This document shows, piece after piece, positions 13,501 to 25,755 of a DNA stretch of 64,000 nucleotides. Below the pieces are notes generated by a model that was not told where the DNA came from, did not search any database, and was given only the letters and a program-made list of their open reading frames with translations. Made by a program: the position numbers and the translations under genes. The stretch's first letter is position 1, and each line of letters starts with the position of its first letter. The DNA is from Strigamia acuminata (Eukaryota), in NCBI GenBank assembly GCA_949358305.1, contig OX442314.1, positions 2,480,001 to 2,544,000 on the forward strand. Reading direction: 5' to 3'.

Positions 13501-14712
13501 CCGCGATGCGGTTAGGGTCAAGTTGAACCGACAAAAAATGGCTAAACGGCAGATAAATTTCGCATCATTTTTGGTCCAGGTGTTTCAACCGGAAATGCGG
13601 ATGAGTTAATAAACCATCTGCGAGTCAGTCGCGTGTCCAACGACTTTTTTCATCACTGAAATTTTTAATTATTTTTTGTTTATCGTATTAAAATTTAATC
13701 GTCTAGACTCGCCATATTAGGAAACAACAAACAATTCCTTTTACGACCAGTCCAACTGGGTTAATTATTCATCCGGGAATTGCATCACTTCTCCAAATCC
13801 TGTCACAACATTTTTTTTTCAACCTAATTCGCCGTACCATTAAAACGGCAAAATCATTTGATGTCGATCGGGCTCAAACTTGCGAGAAACAACGAATTGC
13901 AATCGGTTGCCATGGAAACACTCAAAAACAACATGGGCGCCGTTTCCGCTGGCAACGGGCCACAAATTCCTTTTTCATTCGACCGAGAACAATCGCATCG
14001 TCGCTCCGACAACTTTTATTTTTTTTAAAAAAAAAAAAATAAAAAATAATAAAAATTAAACTTTTGTTACTTTTTCTTCTTTAATTTTCTCCCGTTTCAT
14101 CCTTTCGATCTCCGCTTGTTGTTCCTTGATCTTGTCGATCAAATCCTGCTCCCTTTTCCGCGCCTCCTGCTGCAGTTTCACCTTTTCGATATTCCTCGTC
14201 GGCGAGACCAAAATCTGCGACTTTGATCGCGTCATTCCGTTCGCCACCGACGATTTGACATTGCCGCGCTCCAGCGACGGCCGACGGCGCTCCGGCACGC
14301 TGTAGACGGGTTTACCGTTGACGGACTCGTAGCCGCTGCTGCCCGAGTTGGTGCGCTCTATCGGCACGAGCGGGAACGATTTGTCCCATCCGACCGGACT
14401 GCCCTTGATCGGACGTCCGATGCTGCGGTTCAGGTTGAGTCCGTTGCGCCCGTGACTCGCATTGAGCAGATACGAGTCGAGTGACGTCATGCTGCTGTCC
14501 AAACTCGCGTCGGGATTCACGCGACGTTCGTTGAAGAATCGACGAACGTTCCCGTTCCCGTTCGTGTTGTAGTCGGCGTTGGCGCTGTTGCTCTTGCGCA
14601 CTTTTTCAAGCACTTTGGCTTGGTTGTCCTCGTAGAGTTTCGTCATTTTCTCCTCCTTTTCGGCCAGCATTTTGCGCTGCAGGTCCGCCTGCATTTGCTC
14701 GAGACGTGACAT
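10551..14712 (-). CDS. ZC2HC1C: Zinc finger C2HC domain-containing protein (ZC2HC1 family, ZC2HC1C-like)
   Basis: Exons 14071-14712, 12832-13026, 12548-12772, micro-exon 12423-12452 and 10551-10787, all phase 0. Motifs CDICGRHFAPDRIDKHGQVC, KRKIFDPVKMRTRGT, WREKHENFLQTIRQAK, CPHCGRKFNEGVAERHVPKC. Confidence 0.85.
10790..12400. repeat. Intronic A-rich degenerate tandem repeat (GAAAATAGTTGAAATAACGCAAAAAAACAC-type)
   Basis: Repeated ~30-bp units; source of the Phe-rich spurious ORFs. Confidence 0.85.
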
Positions 14713-15258
14713 GTCCGATTAAATGTTGTTGTGCATGTTGTGAGAGAGTTGTGTGGCGTGAGTCAGCGCGGCGGAATTTGCCAACAACAGAGGGAGGAAA
14801 ACCGGTCCGTGGTTGCCACGCTCCACGGCCCCGCTCGTCTGGTGTCAATGTCGTGCGGCGACGCTGACCGATTCGTTGGATTCGGTCTGACAAAGCATAA
14901 AACTTGAAGTGAATAAATCGAAAACAAATAGTTCGGGTTTAAACCGATGGAAAGCACCTGTTTCGCCACTTTCCTCCCACGGTGACCGCAATCGAAATAA
15001 GATCTCGGATCGATGAAATCGAAATTTTAAGAAAAATAAATAAATAAATTTTTATTTTTAAATAAAAAAACATAAAATAATTAATTTAATTTAATTTATT
15101 TGTTTATTAAATATTTATTTAATAAAATTTTATGAAATTAATTTAAAAGTTTTATTTACTGCGGGACTGCCGCGCCATGTTCGCAAATGGCGGCCGGTTG
15201 AAGGAATTATGTACACACACGACGAACATCGTGAGATATTTCCACTACTCGTTATGAA

Positions 15259-18165
15259 ATGAGCGTGAATTTTTTACCGGTGGAAGTACAGTCACGTTTG
15301 CGGTCAGGAATCGCCATAACTTGCCCTCGTCAGTGCGTGGAAGAGCTGGTGTTGAACGCTTTGGATGCGGGCGCCACTTGCATCGCGGTCAGAGTCAATC
15401 TAAACCTCATGAAAATACAAGTGATCGACAACGGAACTGGAATCGCGCACGACCAACTCGAATTAATCGGCGAAAGGTTGCATCGCAAGTCCAAAAAAAT
15501 ACTTAAATGAATTTAATATTTTATTTTTTAATTTTTTTTAAGGTACGCGACGAGCAAATGTCATTCGCTGAGCGACTTGGACAAGTTGGAGTGGTACGGG
15601 TACCGCGGCGAGGCGCTGGCCAGCATCCGGGACGTGTCGGGAGTGCTGGAGATCGTTTCCCGCTCGAAAGGCGACGAGAGGACCTTCTGCAAGATTTTCA
15701 ACGGCGGCAAACGGCTGCGGACGAACGAATCCGTGACGCGGAGACCGAGCGCCGGCACGACGTGCACCGTGCACAGTTTCCTGCACAATCTGCCCGTGCG
15801 ACGCGAGAACGTGCGCGCGGCGCTCGACTTGGAGGACATCCGCACTCGCGTCGAGAGCATCGCGTTGATTCATCCGCGGGTCAAGTTCTCGCTGCGCAAC
15901 GACGCGACGGGCGCCGTGTGCGTGCAGACCGAACGATGCGACAGCGTTTTGGAGAGATTTTCAAATTTGTTCGGCGAAATTCGCACGAATCACCTGCAGT
16001 CGGTGCGGAAAAGGGTCAAGTGCGTGTCGGTCGAAGGATACGTGTCCACCGAAGGCGCGCACAACAAAAACTTGCAGTTTGTTTACGTGAACAGGAGACT
16101 CGTTTTGACGACCAGACTGCACAAAATCGTCAATTCGTGTTTTTCAAGACATTTTTCGGCCAGAAATGCGGGCAAAACGGCGCGGAAATTACACGCGATT
16201 TACGTTCTGAACGTGTGGTGTCCGTTGGCCGACTACGACGTGTGTTTCGAGCCGAGTAAAACGCTCGTGGAGTTCGCCGACTGGGATTTGGTGACGTTGT
16301 GCATCGAGCGAGCGCTAGACGACGTGTGGAGCGAGCCGGAGGAACTGCAACGAGTGGTCGCGGACGAAAAGTGCGACGGAAAAGCCGAAAAGCGGATCGA
16401 AATGCGCGAGCTGAGAAGCGCGCTGACGTCGGTGCCGGCGAAACGGAAGAGGCCGGAGTGCGTGACGCCTCCGAATTGCGTGACGCCTCCGAATTGCGGG
16501 GAAATGGCGCCCGTGCGTGTGCGCAAACTCAAACTGAAGGAACTGGCGGCGCACCTGGTGGTCACTTCGCTCGACGATTACGTGAGGAAAATGAGCGGGA
16601 AAAAACCGATCCGTCGCAAGAAAAGTTTGCAGAAGTTCGTGTACGAGCCGATAAAAGCGACGCCGTGTGCGGAGAAATTCGTGTCGGAGCCGAAACGAGT
16701 GGCGGCGACCGAGGAAGAAATGGCGGACGAGCCGAAACCGGTGTGGACGACCACGCCGCCGTCGACGATTCTGTCGGATTGCCGCGAACGCGTGAAACGG
16801 TTGCGAGACAAAATGGATCGAGCAAAGTCGAGGCAAATCGAGTCACCCGAAAGGGAATTGCAGCCGTCGCCGGTCATTGGTCGGTGCGACGTGTCGTGCG
16901 GAACGTCCGAGAGCAGTTTCTCTGCATTGTTGAAGGAATTCGCGGCGGAAAATGACCCGAACTGCTTCGCCCGGACGGAAAATAGCGAAGAGAGAGACGA
17001 AATCGCGTCCGAGGAGTCACGGAACGTTTACAACGTCCAGAACTGCATCGCTCGGACGGAAAATGGCGAAGAGAGCGACGAAATTGCGTCCGAGGAGTCA
17101 CGGAACGTTTACAACGACCGGAATTACATTGCTCGGACGGAAAATGGCGAAGAGAGAGACGAAATCGCGTCCGAACAACAAGAAAACGTTTACAACGACC
17201 CGAACTGGATCGCTCGGACGGACGGAGCGGCGAATAAAACTGTGTATGTTCACAAAATTACCGGGAATTCGACTTACTCGCCACCGGCGGCGCCGAACGT
17301 CGAAGAGGACGTTGCGGATCGTTGTTCGGAGTTCGCGTCCACGATTTATTTGGGCTCGGCGGCGACGGCGTTTAATTCGCGCGGATCGAGCGTGCGCACT
17401 ACGAAAACGCTGGATAAGTGGCGCGTACGAGAGTCGACGTTGCTGGCCGAACTGCTCGGCGACTTGGACGGCGTTGCACCGCCTTCGTCGTCGCCCATCG
17501 CCGTCTACAACGCGATCCAGCCGTACAAGTTCGCGCGGGAAATGCTCGATGACTGCCAAGTGATCCGACAAGTCGACCGCAAATTCATCGCGTGCAAACT
17601 GAGCGGCGGGCTCGTCGTTTTGTTCGACCAACACGCCGTGCACGAACGCATCCGACTCGAGCAACTCCAAGCTGAGATTTTAGGCGAGGACGATTCGGTC
17701 AACGTGAAACGCGTTTCGCTCGAGCCGCCGATGGATTTGACGATGCGCGGGGAGGAAATTCGCATCGTCGGCGCGTTTCTGCCGGTTTTTGCTCAGTGGG
17801 GCTTCGAGCTGAGTATTGAGACGGAAGAAAACGTGAGGATACACACGATGCCGCTCGTGCTGGTGGAGCGGAGGTCGGTGCTGCGAGCTGTGATCGAGAC
17901 GGTTTTTCAGGACGTGATTGACGAGTTGCGCAGTAGCGGCACGTGCGCCACCGTGCCCAGGTCGTTGGTGCGCATCTTGCACTCGCTGGCGTGCAAAAGC
18001 GCCGTGAAATTCGGCGATTTTTTGGAGAAGTCCGAGTGCGAGCGACTCATCTCGCTGTTGCGCAAGTGTCGGCTGCCGTTCCAGTGCGCGCACGGTCGGC
18101 CGGCCATCGCGCCGTTGTTTGAACTTAATTTGCTGAGTCAATTTGGCAAAATCAAAGTAATTTAG
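15259..18165 (+). CDS. MLH3: DNA mismatch repair / meiotic crossover endonuclease MLH3
   Basis: Exons 15259-15476 and 15543-18165. GHKL ATPase motifs EELVLNALDAGA, DNGTGI, RYATSK, YGYRGEALASI. C-terminal DQHAVHERIRLE, ACKSAVKFGD and PFQCAHGRP match MLH3. Confidence 0.95.
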
Positions 18166-19077
18166 TAATCGATTTCATTGAAATTTAAATTTAAATCTAA
18201 TTTTATATTTTTTAATTTTTAAATTTATTTCTCAGCTGAGAAAGAGACCGAGGCTTTGGAAACTGCAACTACACGACTACACGGCGAGGGAAGAATTTTA
18301 ATGATAAATTATAAATTGAATCGTAATAAAATGTGTAAATAAAGTGATAGTGGAATAGAAATGACTCGTTCTTACGTGAATGAAATGAAATAATGACGTG
18401 TGTAGTCCAGACAAGGCAAAAATTGAGAAAAAAAGGCAAAATTTGAAGAAAAAAGGACAAAATTTGGAAAGAAAAAAGACAAATTTAAAACATTGTAAAA
18501 ATATAATTTGAAAAACTTAGATAAATGTCGAGCAAAGCTAGAAAAATTGTGAAATCAAAAATACGTTTTGTGATAAAAGCATGTAGAAATTTGTAGAAAT
18601 TTGTAGAAATTTGAAGAAATCGCTCGAGATGGTGGCGGTTAATTGCTGGTCTTCTTGGTGGCCTGTACTTTTAGCCCTGCAAAATTAAATTAAATTAATT
18701 ACATTTAATTAATTTTTTTATACTGGTAACAGCTAACTTGCAAGCTGCATTCACCCATGGCGAGCGACTATTTCTCTTCCAGCCATTGGGGCCGGGTGCA
18801 GGTGGCTGGCTTTTGTCGTTCTCCTCGACAGTGGCTTTTCTGGAGCGGCGACTTGGATCTCCAGTATCCAGTGTCTTATCTCCAGTATTTCAGGACGGCA
18901 GCCATTAGAGTTGTTCTTGTAGTTTTTGACATGCCCAAATGGATGTTTCTTCTGCTTCTCACATATTTGAATAATATGGCATCAGTGATGAAGTCGTGGT
19001 TCAAAATATGATGAAATTCGCTGGAAAAATTTAAGATATCCTTCACGAGACAAGCTGGGAAAAAAAAATATTATATA

Positions 19078-19336
19078 CCGTATTTTACCAAATAAGAGCC
19101 GCGGCTCTTATTCAAAACTGCCACTTTGAGCTGCGGCTTTAATTCGGGGGCAGCTCCAATTCGGAGGCGGCTCTTATTTTAAATAGTGGCCAATATCTTA
19201 CTATTACATTCATTGAACGTATATAGCCGCGGCTACTACTCGAGGGCGGCTCTTATATCAAGTCGCCTATCTTGGCCGCGGCTACTATTCGAGGGCGGCT
19301 ACAATTCGAGAGCGACTCTTATTCGGTAAAATACAG
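19078..19336. mobile_element. Tc1/mariner(pogo)-type MITE
   Basis: TA|CCGTATTTTACC ... GGTAAAATACAG|TA terminal inverted repeats; internal GCCGCGGCT repeats. Confidence 0.75.
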
Positions 19337-20174
19337 TACATGCAGTAATTGGTGCACAGCGTTGCCAGCGTCCAGGACTGCCAGCGTTTTAAGTTGTAGC
19401 CTTTCTAAAATTTTTTTTTTTGCCAGCGTTCTCCTTTTTAGCGTTGTAAATATTTAATTAAAAAGTGATTATATTCTATCCCATTGTAGCTTTTTATTTG
19501 CCAGTGTTGCTGGTGCCAGCATTTCTAGTGCCAGCGTTTTTTAAAATTATATTAATATTATTAATATTATATTTAAAAATTATATTAATAAAAGAACGCG
19601 GAATCAGAAGAAGCTGGCACACACATATATATATACAGGGTGGAAGAAAAGTCTGTTCCCCTCAAATATCTCCTTAGCAATTGCATCTAGGCCAACTTTG
19701 ATGAAGCGATCATATAGGAAGGTGGGTGAGAGCAATCCAATGATGTCATCAAATTTGACCTTGAAGGCCATTTTCAAGGTCATTCACTTGCTAACTTCTA
19801 AATCAATCAGGTTAGAGCAAAATTTCCAATTACAAAGTTGTAGAGCACCATCAAAATTAGTACTATCCAACATATCTTAGTCATCTTAAGTTAAATATTT
19901 TCTTTTTAAAAAGCAGACAAATCAGAAAAAAAATCAGCAAAGTTAAATTTTTTATTTTTGTGATAAAATAATTATTGAGGCATAAAAAAAAGGCAGTGGT
20001 TTTTCTTGTTTACTTGCGTAATAATGCACATTTGAATACGTTTATTCAAGTAATTCATTATTTTTGTAGTAGAAATTAAGTTTTGTCACAATAGCTGGCT
20101 TTATTTTAGCTGATTTATTTTCATTTTAAAACGAAAACATTTAACTTAAGCTGACTTAGATAAATTGGATAGTA

Positions 20175-22605
20175 CAGTGTAGGCTGCGTAGCCCGGACAT
20201 AGGACGGGACCCAGAAACTTGTCCGGTCTAGGGAATGTCCGGATGAGAGAGGAGATTTAATATTGCTGGGTATTGGGTGGGACCAAATCAGGCCCTCCAA
20301 ACTGTCCGGACCACACAGCTGTCCGGTCGGTGCTATGTCCGGGCTATGCAGCCTATTGTGTTCTTTGGATTGATGAATACTTGGAAGTTGGAATAATGTG
20401 TAAGTTGGTTAAAAAGCAGCCATGTTGTACAGTGGAATTAACATAAGTGATTTATTACAAGTTTTTACATAGGGGGCGCTGGTGATTGTACCAGCGTCAT
20501 AATTTAACAAGCAAATTAGCATGGAGTTCGGACACTCCAGTATCCCCTTAATTGATAACCAATCGGGGGAGCAATTCACATAACTGAATATGAAATATTA
20601 AATTAACATGTAATTATCGAATAAAATGAAATGCATTGTTAAAGTTTAAACTGACTCATTATTTCGATGGAAAACCATAAAATTTGGTTGGTTTCTTGGT
20701 GCGAACAGGCGGAGTACTGCGGACGGGATTCGGAGGCGGTCCAGGCTGTGACACAGGGGCAACAGGCGGCGGAGAAGGCAGCGGCGGTGTCGACAGTTTT
20801 GCAGGTGAGGTTGCAGTTACAGGTTGCAGTGTTGAAGTTACCGCTGGAGAAACTGGTTGAGCAAATGTTGGGGAAGCAATTGCACTCTGAGGGCTCACAA
20901 ACGGACCAATGTGCCAATCATCCCCCTTAATTGGAAGTGGCGTTCCAATTGATAAATGTTTTTGCAATTGGTCAATGTGTTGTGACCAAATGACGGCGGA
21001 AGTCTTGCGAAACGAACGAAATGAGACCAAGAATTGGTCCACGGAATCTGCCAAAGAGAGTTGAAATTTCGTTAATTTCTCCATTTCGTCGTGGAAAAAG
21101 TTGCAATGCTGCAACAATAACGTGTGGAGCGTGTCGAGCGCGTCAGTGCTTGCCAAGCAGTTCGTGGAAGCCAGCGCCGTCGCTGCAGCAGCAACAATCA
21201 AGTTTGGAGTAGATTCGTTCGGCGGGGAAGCTTCTACATCCAGTCTGGGGGCGGTGAATTCAGCGGTCGTGCTTTTTGAAGGTTGAGTGCGCTTTCGGGC
21301 GGCGCGTTTGCGTGCGGACTTTGAGGTGGTCATGGCGGTGGTCGAATTCACGACAGCACCCAACGAAATACCAGCAAGGGACAACAAACTGAAGGCGTCC
21401 AGCCAATTGCGACCCAACACTGGAACTGACCCAGTCGCAGCAACACAGAGCGGTAGGACGTATTTGCGGCGATCGTGCTGCACTGGCACGTGGCAAACTC
21501 CGTCCATCGGCAGGACGTGTCCGTCGTAAGTGGACATCTGCGAATTGAGCGGCTGCAACTGAAATCGAGAAAAATTTTGATTATACATCTCGCGATTGAT
21601 GGTTGTCGCTTCAGCGCCCGTGTCGATCTGCATGAGCAGCAATGTGTCCGCTACTCGCATTTCCCGAACCAACGGTTTGGTCGGTTTGATGCTGATCGAA
21701 TTCATCGCTTTTCCGGCCTGTCGAGGTGTCGTACGAATCGAATAGAAGGTGAGCTTCCGAGGCTCTGCAAATACAGCGTGGTGGGGAGCAGTTGCAGCGG
21801 TTGACATGCAGGCCGATTGTGTGTGCCCGACGAGGCCACAGCCCTGGCACTTGGCGCGACGATGTTCGCAATCGTCTCTGCGGTGGCCAGTCTGTCCGCA
21901 CGATCTGCATTTCCCGTCGACATGACGTGGCTGGTGACCGGTGCCGTTGCACAATTTGCACTTGGTGTTGTCGTGCTGTTGTGGTGGCTGGTCTTGTTGT
22001 TGATCGGTGGTGCCCGTCGGGGAGCGTTTTCCACCCTCGTTTGAGTTCGCATGCGATCGAGAAGAGTTTCCCGACTTCTGCAGCTGGTGAACGGATTGTT
22101 GCGCATCTACAAAGCTGGACACGTCGGCTCCGGCGATTTCGGCGGAGGTAGCGGCCTCGAGAGCTATCGCAAAGGTGAGGTCCTTCTGCATATACAGCGT
22201 CTCTTGAACTTGCCGCATGTTCAAACCGATCACGAACTGGTTCCGCATCTCGTCGTCTTGTGCAGCATCGAAGTCGCAATATTTCGTGAGAGAATGTAGA
22301 GCGGCCGCAAAATCGCTTACGGACTCGCCTTGGTTGCGCTTCCGAGCTCGAAAACGGACGATTTCACCTTGCTTGACCGGTCTAGGCTTTTGGTTTTTGA
22401 TCATCAAGTCCGTCAGCTGTTTAAACGTCAACTCTGTTGGTTTCTTTGGTCGAGCGAGATCCACGAACTTGGCGAATGTCGCCATCCCCACGCAAGCCAA
22501 AAGCGTATTGACTTTTTCTGCGTCTGCGTCTGTGATTGTACCAGCGTCATAATTTAACAAGCAAATTAGCATGGAGTTCGGACACTCCACAGCCTACCTA
22601 CACTG
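20175..22605. mobile_element. Short MITE (CAGTGTAGGCTG ends, TA TSD) inserted in the previous MITE and itself interrupted by an LTR element
   Basis: TA|CAGTGTAGGCTGCGTAGCCCGGACATAG ... CCTACACTG|TA; removing it restores the host arm. A related uninterrupted copy is at ~46337-46496. Confidence 0.85.
20357..22591 (-). mobile_element. Internally deleted Ty3/gypsy LTR retrotransposon carrying a gag-protease ORF (20659-22590)
   Basis: TG...CA ends and an approximate GCCTA target duplication. ~180-bp 3' LTR (20357-20539) preceded by purine tract AAGGGG; 58-bp remnant of the 5' LTR (22532-22589). ORF has gag (RNQGESVSDF, MRNQFVIGL), CCHC knuckles and protease IDTGA. Confidence 0.9.
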
Positions 22606-22843
22606 TACTAATTTGATGGTGCTCTACAACTTTGTGATTGGAAATTTTGCTCTAACCTGATTGGTTTAGAAGTTAGCAAGTGATTGATCTTGAAAATGGC
22701 CTTCAAGGTCAAATTCGATGACATCATTGGATTGCTCTTACCCAACTTCCTATACGATCGCTTCATCAAAGTTGGCCTAGATGCAATTGCTCAGGATATA
22801 TTTGGAGGGAACAGACTTTTCTTCCACCCTGTATACATATATA

Positions 22844-23598
22844 CAGGGTGAACAAAAAGTCTGGTTCCCTACTAAATATTTCTGAAAGTGCTGACAATGC
22901 ATCTAATTCAATGATGGCAAAGTATTAAAGTTGGGTGGGGCAATCTTTTGGTGACCCGAAATTTGACCTTGGGATGTTCCTTCAAGGTCATTTGAAAATT
23001 ATCTCGGAAACCGTTAGAGATAGACAAAAATTTCCAATCGTAAACTTGTAGAGCAACATTTGTTTAGTCCAAAAATGACTAATTCTCAAATCTTTTGTAC
23101 TAAAAAATTTTAAGAAAAATGCAATTGAAAAAGTAGACACAAGTCAAAAAATAACATGACCAAAATTGAAAAAGTGCCAAAAACGTGCTGATTAGACGTA
23201 AAATGACCCAAAAAATCGATTCCCCTGGTTGGAATTTGCATATCTGGCACCGTTGCAGAGATATGGGTAGAAAACTAAATTTTTTATGACTTTTTCTTTT
23301 CAAAACTACTTTTTCAATTGCGATTTTCTTACAATTTTTTAGAACAAAAGATTTGAGAATTAGTCATTTTTAGACTAAACAAATGTTGCTCTACAAGTTT
23401 ACAATTGGAAATTTTTGTCTATCTCTAACGGTTTCCGAGATAATTTTCAAATGACCTTGAAGGAACATGCCAAGGTCAAATTTCGGGTCACCAAAAGATT
23501 GCCCCACCCAACTTTAATACTTTGCCATCATTGAATTAGATGCATTGTCAGCACTTTCAGAAATATTTAGTAGGGAACCAGACTTTTTGTTCACCCTG
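22844..23598. mobile_element. Foldback-like Tc1/mariner MITE (CAGGGTGAACAAAAAG ends)
   Basis: Near-perfect inverted arms of ~260+ bp with TA flanks; related to the 19636 element. Confidence 0.9.
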
Positions 23599-24046
23599 TA
23601 TATATATATATAATATATAATATAAATAATAATAATAGATATAATATTTTTTCAAACCTTTTGAATTTTTAGTCTTGAAAGAGTAATTGGACATGACAGA
23701 TGCCAATTCCAATTTAATTGGACGTGAGAGACTTAAGGTGAAGGTTTTAACTTTTCTTTTTTCAGATGTGTTGGTCCTAACTCATAGGCCGGCCTTCAGA
23801 AATACACAGAAGCATATTGTTAACAATACATGTTATCATGGCAACACTTTAATAGTATACTAGTAAAAACCAATAATGTAAACTCATATTAATTGTTACA
23901 TCCAAAATACATTACATATTAAATAGAAGATAAACCATCTAAAATGTAGCAAAGTCAATACAATGATGGAAAATCGATCAGGAAGACATCTCAAATCCGC
24001 AACCGCTGGTACCATAATTTTTCAATTGTTTTTTGTTTCTTTTAGG

Positions 24047-25114
24047 GTCATTGACAACGTTCAACAAGCGACAGTGGATCATCTTCGACAGCGACGTGGA
24101 CCCCGAGTGGGTGGAGAACCTGAACAGCGTGCTGGACGACAACAAACTGGTGACGCTGCCGAACGGCGAGCGACTCAGCCTCCCGCCCGACGTGCGCATT
24201 ATGTTCGAAGTGCAAGGCTTGCTCTACCCAACCCTGGCCACCGTGAGCCGGTGCGGCATGCAGGGGCGGATCTACATAGGGGCTAATGGGGCTTGAGCCC
24301 CGGGCCCCCGAAGTCTAGAGGGCCCCCAAAACGCAGGGCCATGTACTAAAAAAAAAAAAAAAAAAAAAAAGGTTGCTAAAAAACAAAAAAGATGAAAGGT
24401 CGCTATTAAAAATTTCGATAAAGGGGCCCCGAAAAAACCTCAAGCCCCGGGCCCCCGAAAAGCTAGATCCGCCCCTGGCGGCATGGTGTGGTTCAGCGAA
24501 GACGTGCTGTCCACCGAGATGATCTTCGACTTGCTCACCATCGACGAACAAATCGACATCGACGTCCGATCTATAAAGACTTGCGCGTACGGCGCCGCCA
24601 CGTTCGCGGACATCTTCAACAAGATACAGAAGGCCGTGGACGAGCTCAGCCTGCATCAGTATTCGAACCTCCACGTCTGGGCGGGCAAACTGGACGAAGA
24701 GGTGGACAGGAAACTTGCGTCGCGCCTCCAAGCAAGAATCTAAGCGTGAACGCAGTGCTTGGAGGGCCGAGGCGGCGGCAGAGGCGACTGCGGAGGCGGG
24801 CCGAGCACGGGAACCCGCAGATAGCGGCGCTGGTGCATGAAGTGCGCATCACGAACCAGATGATGTACTTGCACCCGAGCATCGAGGAGGCGCGCTACAA
24901 TATAGTGCAGCAGCTGTTTGGATGGGAGGCGGTGGTTTTGGCGCTCGCGCGCATTCAGAGCACGCGCTACCAGGTCGAGCTTGATAAGTTGACGAGGGAG
25001 ACGTACAAGAACTTGCTGAGCAAGCTGCCGGATGGGATTGAAGAGCGGATGGAGAGGATGAAGAGTTATGTAGACGAGTGGCTCACGTATCATGCGTTGT
25101 GGGATTTGCTTTGA
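24047..25114 (+). pseudogene. Scrambled cytoplasmic dynein heavy chain fragments
   Basis: AAA2 segment [37 protein letters not shown]...SRCGM/VWFSEDVLSTEMIF is fused to N-terminal tail segments (VRSIKTC...SNLHVW; VHEVRITNQMMYLHPSIEEAR...RIQSTRYQV). Has frameshifts, stops and a MITE insertion. Confidence 0.9.
24261..24477. mobile_element. hAT-type MITE
   Basis: TIRs CAGGGGCGGATCTA / TAGATCCGCCCCTG; perfect 8-bp TSD GCGGCATG. Confidence 0.92.
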
Positions 25115-25262
25115 TCAGACAGCGCTTTTTCATTTTACAGTCCTGACTCACGCAATAGAAGATCAAAACGAAATAAGCATTTAAGTTTAATATTGTGACT
25201 GCAATATGGTCTTACCCGCCATGGTATTGGGATTTATTACAGCGAGAGGGATGCATACATCA

Positions 25263-25755
25263 TGTAATAACAAGACAGGGACTCAGATTGTTGGGTTTTG
25301 GCCTTTAATTGTTGTCTAGGGGTTGGGTCACCTATCTTACTGTGTGGCTGTGCTGTTAGGTACGCTACACCGGCGTTCGACCCGTCACACACAGAACCTA
25401 AGTCCCATGGGTGACGTGGTCGGTCTCGTCAGACGAACATTCTGCCGTACTTACCCGTACGACCCATGAAGCCGCTCATGGAGGCTGCAGCAGGCACATC
25501 TTCCTGCTACTGAGCGTCACAATGGTGAATGGTGAGAGGAGCAAAGTCAGCAGTTGTCTCTGCTGGTGCTCGGACCGTGGCAGCTCACCCTGACACGTCT
25601 TCATCCTCGGCTCTCTCAGCAACGTCTCTCTCATCACACCACTCAGCTCCCTCCTCCCCTGCTAGGCCGGTCCACTCCTCCATGAGGGGGACGGCTTGGG
25701 GCCACCAGGCGGTGTGTGGAGTGACGTAGGCCACTAGGGTGGCCAAACGGTCACA
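25263..25755. mobile_element. Putative solo LTR (TGTAATAA...GGTCACA)
   Basis: TG..CA ends; start and end resemble the repeat at 29885-30319. No clear TSD. Confidence 0.5.

Larger units (their letters stand above)
19636..22831. mobile_element. Tc1/mariner-type MITE with long TIRs (CAGGGTG ends); host of nested insertions
   Basis: TA|CAGGGTGGAAGAAAAGTCTG ... CAGACTTTTCTTCCACCCTG|TA with >230 bp of inverted arms; right arm interrupted at a TA. Confidence 0.9.

Noticed and set aside
18620..19021. Exon-like minus-strand segments
   Set aside because: Splice-like signals but stops and no recognisable domain.
20659..22590. Domesticated gag gene or DNA-transposon capture of gag
   Set aside because: LTR ends, purine tract and target duplication show an ordinary LTR insertion into a MITE.
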